Assembly (NCBI RefSeq): GCF_900167445.1
Contig: NZ_FUZT01000009.1
Location: 169,058 to 201,057, forward strand
Source: Maledivibacter halophilus
GTDB taxonomy: Bacteria > Bacillota > Clostridia > Peptostreptococcales > Caminicellaceae
Direction of reading: 5' to 3'
Length of the DNA: 32,000 nt
Below are positions 27,746 to 32,000 of the stretch, in pieces (the first letter of the stretch is position 1; every line of letters starts with the position of its first letter). The position numbers and the translations under genes were made by a program. The notes under the pieces are model-generated. The model searched no databases. It had not been told where the DNA came from and saw nothing but the letters and a program-made list of their open reading frames with translations.

Positions 27746-28411
27746 ATGAATGAAAAACAATTAATTGCAGAAAAAGCAGTTGATTTTATCAAGGATGGAA
27801 TGATTGTTGGCTTAGGAACAGGTTCAACTGCTTATTGGGCAATTACAAAAATAGGTGAATTAGTTCGAAATGGTATGAATATTAAAGGTGTTCCAACATC
27901 TATAAATACAGAAAAATTAGCACAAAATTTAAATATTCCTTTAGTGAATATTTCTGAGATTAAAAAAATAGATATAACAATTGATGGGGCTGATGAGTTT
28001 GATGAAAATAAAAATGTTATAAAAGGTGGTGGAGGTGCACTTTTAAGAGAAAAAATTATTGCTTCAATTACTAATTATTATATTATAATAGCTGATTCTT
28101 CTAAAAAAGTAGAAGTTTTGGGAAACTTTCCATTACCTATAGAAGTAACTCCTTTTGCTCATGAGATAACAATTTATCAATTAAAACAGTTAGGATGTTC
28201 AACGAATTTAAGGTTAGAAAATGACAAACCATTTATAACTGATAATAAGAATTTCATAGTTGATTGCAAATTCAATAGGATTAACAAACCAGAAGAATTA
28301 GCAAATAAATTAAATAGTATTCCAGGTGTTGTAGAGCATGGATTATTTTCAAATATGGCAGATATTCTAGTTACCGTAAATAATTGTGGAGAAATTTCAA
28401 TTATTGAATAG
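27746..28411 (+). CDS. rpiA: Ribose-5-phosphate isomerase A
   Basis: VGLGTGSTAYWAI, DITIDGADEFDENKNVIKGGGGALLREKI, full-length with RBS AAGGAG. Confidence 0.95.
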   Translation: MNEKQLIAEKAVDFIKDGMIVGLGTGSTAYWAITKIGELVRNGMNIKGVPTSINTEKLAQNLNIPLVNISEIKKIDITIDGADEFDENKNVIKGGGGALLREKIIASITNYYIIIADSSKKVEVLGNFPLPIEVTPFAHEITIYQLKQLGCSTNLRLENDKPFITDNKNFIVDCKFNRINKPEELANKLNSIPGVVEHGLFSNMADILVTVNNCGEISIIE

Positions 28412-28439
28412 CATTATATGATAGCTTATTTAAATTACT

Positions 28440-28790
28440 ATGGAGGCGGTTTTCATAGGTCGAGCGACCACATCATCTAACATTGTGTTTAGCGTAAAGG
28501 TGCGCAGAAGAATTGTACGCGTTGGAACACATACTGGACATGATAACCTTAAGACTAGATTATATTCACATTTTAGAGGAAAAAATCAAAGAAGTAGTAT
28601 TTTTAGGCGGAATATTGGTCGGGTTTATTTAAATAAAGATAATAAGAATTATTTACCAATTTGGAATTCCAGTAGAAATAATAAGAGTTCAACTCTTAGA
28701 TATATACAAGAATTATTAGGACATAGAAGTTCAAAGACAACAGAAATATATACTCATTTAGAAGTATTAGCGACATATGAGAGTCGGTAA
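28440..28790 (+). pseudogene. Chimeric ORF: GIY-YIG-like nuclease remnant joined to tyrosine recombinase C-terminal fragment
   Basis: RIVRVGTHTGHDNLKTRLYSHFRGKNQRSSIFRRNIGR (GIY-YIG-like family) followed by SSTLRYIQELLGHRSSKTTEIYTH and an out-of-family tail LEVLATYESR derived from the boundary motif. Confidence 0.7.
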
Positions 28791-28792
28791 CG
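28759..28792 (+). repeat. Boundary motif copy 2 (tagaagtattagCGACATatgagAGTCGGTAACG)
   Basis: Near-identical to 26472-26505. Confidence 0.7.
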
Positions 28793-28808
28793 TAACATAT
28801 GCCTATAT

Positions 28809-29426
28809 TTGTTAAACCGAGGAGGTCAAAAAATGAGATATATTTTTGCAATTGGTGGAGGAGAAATAAGTGAGTTAGAAACATTTGGTATAGATAAAAA
28901 GATAGTTGAAGCTGCTAAAAAGGCTAAACCGAATGTATTATTTATACCTACAGCTAGTGGAGAACCACAAGGATATATAGATTCATTTAACAACGTATAT
29001 GGTAAAAAGCTTGGATGTAAGACAGATGTCCTTTTATTGTTAGAAGGTAAAATACTTTGTGGTTTAAGTGCTGGCTCAATTTGCTGGTTTAAAAGTGGCC
29101 ATGGTGACTCTGAAAGTTTTGAAACAGAAGGTAAATGGAATTATATAAGGGTAGAAGGAATAAACCTATTAGATGCTATGCACTGTCCACACTATAATGA
29201 AGATAATAGAGAAGAAGATTTTTCAAAGAAGATATTAGAATATGATGAGATTGGTATAGCTATTGATAACAACTGTGCAATTGAATTTAAAGAAAATAGC
29301 TATAGAGTACATAAAACAGAAAAAGAAGCAAAAGCTTACAAAGTTTATCTAGACAAGGGACAAATTATAAAAGAAGAGTTGGTTAATATAACAGAGTATA
29401 AGTCAGTTAAAAGAGTTGTTTTGTAA
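28809..29426 (+). CDS. Peptidase E-like (S51 / class I GATase-like) protein, probably internally deleted
   Basis: Possible start ATG 28830. FAIGGGEI..., GLSAGSICWFKSGHGDS, GIAIDNNCAIEF motifs; the GGGNT-type middle segment expected between TDVLLLL and EGKILCGLSAGS is absent. Confidence 0.75.
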   Translation: MLNRGGQKMRYIFAIGGGEISELETFGIDKKIVEAAKKAKPNVLFIPTASGEPQGYIDSFNNVYGKKLGCKTDVLLLLEGKILCGLSAGSICWFKSGHGDSESFETEGKWNYIRVEGINLLDAMHCPHYNEDNREEDFSKKILEYDEIGIAIDNNCAIEFKENSYRVHKTEKEAKAYKVYLDKGQIIKEELVNITEYKSVKRVVL

Positions 29427-29443
29427 GTAGGGCATACGATCAC

Positions 29444-29583
29444 CTAACAATGCCTTACCGTTCGCTACGTGAAGTAAGTTTCTAGGGTTAGTGAAGCACA
29501 TGTTTTCACTGGGTGCAATCACCACCAAGGAGTATTCTTTATGGGTCCGTTCAAGCACGTAGGCAAGCCGAGATGTTAAGCGA
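29444..29583 (+). repeat. Structured intercassette element A (~140 nt)
   Basis: ACCTAAC...GTTAAGC ends; stems CTTAC/GTAAG, AGTGAA/TTCACT, GGTG/CACC; strongly similar to element C. Confidence 0.8.
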
Positions 29584-29621
29584 AAATTAGTGGTAACTAC
29601 ATTTAAATGAAGGTGGTTTAT

Positions 29622-30125
29622 ATGAAAATCTTAATATTTCTTCATGGAACAATAATAATGCATAAAAATGGTCTTGATAAAAGTAGAGAAGAAAGAGTAA
29701 AGCAAGTTTTGAGTGATGATAACTCAATTCATGATTTTTTAAATTATATTCCGATTGGTAAGTCATATGAAAAATTAAAAATTTGGGTTAAGCAAGAAGT
29801 GGAAATTTTCTATCTCAGTTCCAACCAGTTACTTGATGATATAAATAAAGATCTTTTTGTTTTGAGAAAATATGAATTTCCAAAAGGTAAATTGTTATAT
29901 AGAAAAAATGGTCAAAGTTACAAAGATATTGCAGAAGAAATAATACCAGACATTCTGATTGAAGATAATTGTGAAAGTATTGGTGGAACAGCTGAAATGG
30001 TTTACCCAAATATGTCAAGTTTAATAAAAAAACAAGTTAAATCTATTGTATTAAAAGAATTTGAAGGAATAGATAAGTTACCAACTAATGTTGAAGATTT
30101 AAAAGACTGGTATAAAATAGTTTGA
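29622..30125 (+). CDS. Hypothetical protein, possibly HAD-like
   Basis: MKILIFLHGTIIMHKNGLDKSREERVK...VFVLRKYEFPKGKLLYRK-like...IPDILIEDNCESIGG. Intact ORF; ORF-track start is 29607, with internal ATG 29622 after GAAGGTGG. Confidence 0.75.
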   Translation: MKILIFLHGTIIMHKNGLDKSREERVKQVLSDDNSIHDFLNYIPIGKSYEKLKIWVKQEVEIFYLSSNQLLDDINKDLFVLRKYEFPKGKLLYRKNGQSYKDIAEEIIPDILIEDNCESIGGTAEMVYPNMSSLIKKQVKSIVLKEFEGIDKLPTNVEDLKDWYKIV

Positions 30126-30155
30126 ATCTTTGTGTCATGGGAATCACTAACCATC

Positions 30156-30278
30156 GTCTAACAACGAATTTACGTAAAGGTGCTTTTAGAGAAGATTATT
30201 GAGGTAGATGAACCACATTTCTTCACTAAGGGTAGCCGCCTTAGAGTTCAGAGACGTCGCAAATACAAAACGTTATCT
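30156..30278 (+). repeat. Structured intercassette element B (~123 nt)
   Basis: GTCTAACAACG...AACGTTATC ends; stem CTAAGG/CCTTAG; shares CCACAT..CTTCACT, GGGT, GTTCA, ACGT and ACGTTA blocks with A and C. Confidence 0.65.
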
Positions 30279-30340
30279 AACATTTTATTTCATTTTTTAT
30301 TTATAGAATTATTTGAGCTTGTACAGGAGGCGATTAAATA

Positions 30341-31134
30341 ATGGGCAAATTTCATGATGTCAATTTTATTAATCTACCATATAAATTAAAATCAATGCAT
30401 TGTTGGAAAAAGATACTATTGGTTGTTCTAGTTCAGAGATATTTTTTCTTGAAGGTATCTCAAGTGGAGGAAATGCATATTTGAAAGTCTGTAGTAGTGA
30501 AAGTGATTCTATGGAAAAAGAAAAAAATATTTTAAATTGGCTGGATGGGAAAGTACCTGTTCCAAAGGTGCTTCATTATAATGTTTTCGATAATAAACAA
30601 TTCATGCTAATTTCAGAAATAAAAGGTTTAAATGCAGCTCATTATTATTATACTTCTAAACCAGCCACAGTTGACACAATGTTAGCAAGATCTCTTAGAT
30701 TAATTCATGATATAGATATAACGTGCTGTCCATTTGATAGTAGGCTTAATATAAAGATTGGTGAAGCCAAAAAACGTGTTGATTGTGGATTAGTGGATGA
30801 AAATAACTTTGAAGAAAATTATATATGAAAGGCAAGTGAAGAATTATATAAAATGGTTTTAGAAAAGAAACCTGATAATGAAGATTTTGTTTTTACTCAT
30901 GGTGATTATTGTATGGCTAACATAATATTATTGGGTAATAAATTGAGTGGATTTATTGATTTAGGAAGAGCAGGAGTTAGTGATAGATATCAAGATATAG
31001 CATTAGCAGTACGTAGTTTTGAACATAATTTTGGAACAGACAAGTGGAATGATTTATTTTATAAAGAATATGGCATTGAAGATGTGGACTATTCTAAAAT
31101 AGAATTTTATATTTTGCTTGATGAATTGTTTTAG
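30341..31134 (+). pseudogene. Aminoglycoside phosphotransferase (APH(3')-like), disrupted by a frameshift and an in-frame stop
   Basis: GKVPVPKVLH, RLIHDIDITCCPF, FVFTHGDYCMANIIL, GFIDLGRAGVSDRYQDIALAVRS, FYILLDELF. In-frame TGA at 30826-30828; frameshift near 30390-30405. Confidence 0.88.
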
Positions 31135-31155
31135 AAAAAGGGAATGAAATAAAAC

Positions 31156-31303
31156 GTCAGATAATAATACCTTGCCGTTCACTGTGTAAAGCAAGTTTTT
31201 AGGGTAAGCGCAGCACATACCTTCACTGGGAGCAAGCTCCACCAAGAGAGCATTCCTTACGGGCCCAGTTCAGGCACGTCGGCAATCCGGGACGTTAGCT
31301 GAC
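31156..31303 (+). repeat. Structured intercassette element C (~148 nt)
   Basis: GTCAGaTAA...TTAgCTGAC complementary ends; stems CTTGC/GCAAG and GGAG/CTCC; closely matches element A. Confidence 0.8.
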
Positions 31304-31441
31304 ATCGGACAAAAAGATAGCCGCGCGTCCATGTGCAGATTTGATAGGGATGAACTATGTAGAAGTTTAACTCAATAGTTAGATATGACTAAATAACAAA
31401 TGATTATAAAATTAATACTATTTAAATTGGAGGTAAAATCA

Positions 31442-31933
31442 ATGGAAGCAAAAGTAAGACAAGCAGTAGATAGTGATAGAGATATTTTTGTTGATTACAC
31501 AGTAAAATTAAGTAAATTCAATCGAAGTAATCATGCTAATGAATCAAAAAATGATGATTATGAATCAGTTTTAAATGCAATACAAAGAAAAGCTGAAAAA
31601 ACATTCTGTAATAGAAATGAAGAGACTTTAATCTTAATTGCAGAATTAGAAAATAAACCTGTAGGATATGCATTAGGCAGAATATATGAACAGGATGAAA
31701 CAGCTGATAATGGAACAGGTTTAATGGGATTATTTGATGAGTTATTCGTTGATGATATAGCAAGAGGGCTTGGATTAGGACAAAAACTATTAGATAAAAC
31801 GATTATCTGGATGAAAGAAAAAGGAATTAATAGAGTTAAATTACATGCTTATTCTTGGAACAGTAATGCTAAAAAAGTATATGAACGAAATGGTTTTAAA
31901 GAATATGCAGTATCGTATGAAAAGTTTATCTAA
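31442..31933 (+). CDS. GNAT family N-acetyltransferase
   Basis: VKLSKFNRSNHANE, GLFDELFVDDIARGLGLGQKLLDKTIIWMKEKGINRVKLHAYSWNSNAKKVYERNGFKEY. Confidence 0.9.
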   Translation: MEAKVRQAVDSDRDIFVDYTVKLSKFNRSNHANESKNDDYESVLNAIQRKAEKTFCNRNEETLILIAELENKPVGYALGRIYEQDETADNGTGLMGLFDELFVDDIARGLGLGQKLLDKTIIWMKEKGINRVKLHAYSWNSNAKKVYERNGFKEYAVSYEKFI

Positions 31934-32000
31934 TTTTATCGCATCATGAATATATTTTTAATCATAGTATTTTAGCTAATATTATTTATACTATATGAAA

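Noticed and set aside
28696-28884. Minus-strand ORF over the recombinase fragment
   Set aside because: Antisense of a relic; low-complexity hydrophobic content.
30156-30278. Claiming all elements fit the exact attC consensus
   Set aside because: Only element A fits both RYYYAAC and GTTRRRY. B fits only the left box, and C neither strictly, so homology to integron attC sites is a hypothesis, not a call.
29444-31303. Interpreting elements A-C as tRNA, rRNA or a CRISPR array
   Set aside because: No cloverleaf/CCA or rRNA signatures, and repeats are long, diverged and separated by genes rather than by uniform spacers.
29444-31303. Interpreting elements A-C as simple transcription terminators
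   Set aside because: Too long (123-148 nt), multiple conserved stems and sequence blocks, no terminal U-tract; primary sequence conservation exceeds that expected of terminators.

Overview
AT-rich Firmicutes (Clostridia-like, spore-forming) chromosomal window. Approximate layout: (1) 0-4.1 kb: metabolic cluster with the 3' part of a tungsten/aldehyde:ferredoxin oxidoreductase, a MoaD/ThiS-like carrier, a beta-hydroxyacid dehydrogenase and a class III CoA-transferase. (2) 4.2-5.4 kb (-): alpha-ribazole kinase and transporter pair (cblS/cblT-like). (3) Two tandem YetF/DUF421 membrane proteins. (4) Three-gene acyl-CoA dehydratase activase-type set. (5) lrgAB-like pair and an alpha/beta SASP. (6) 12.5-19.3 kb: yhfZ-Y-U-T-S-X-W operon of unknown function, lacking php/yhfV, with two matching palindromes upstream of yhfZ and yhfY. 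(7) TrpR/YerC-like regulator. (8) 20.5-25.9 kb (-): thiE-C-H-G-F-S operon with a TPP riboswitch far upstream and three near-identical 21-bp palindromes in the intervening leader. (9) 26.0-32.0 kb: accessory island. It contains a heavily deleted tyrosine recombinase and a second 72-bp recombinase fragment fused to a nuclease-like remnant. These are followed by a codirectional series of small genes separated by GC-richer, structured ~125-150 nt elements with complementary ends (29444-29583, 30156-30278, 31156-31303). The gene + 3' structured element layout resembles integron gene cassettes. This is my main candidate for an unusual or under-described system. All homology calls were made by eye from motifs, with no database search.
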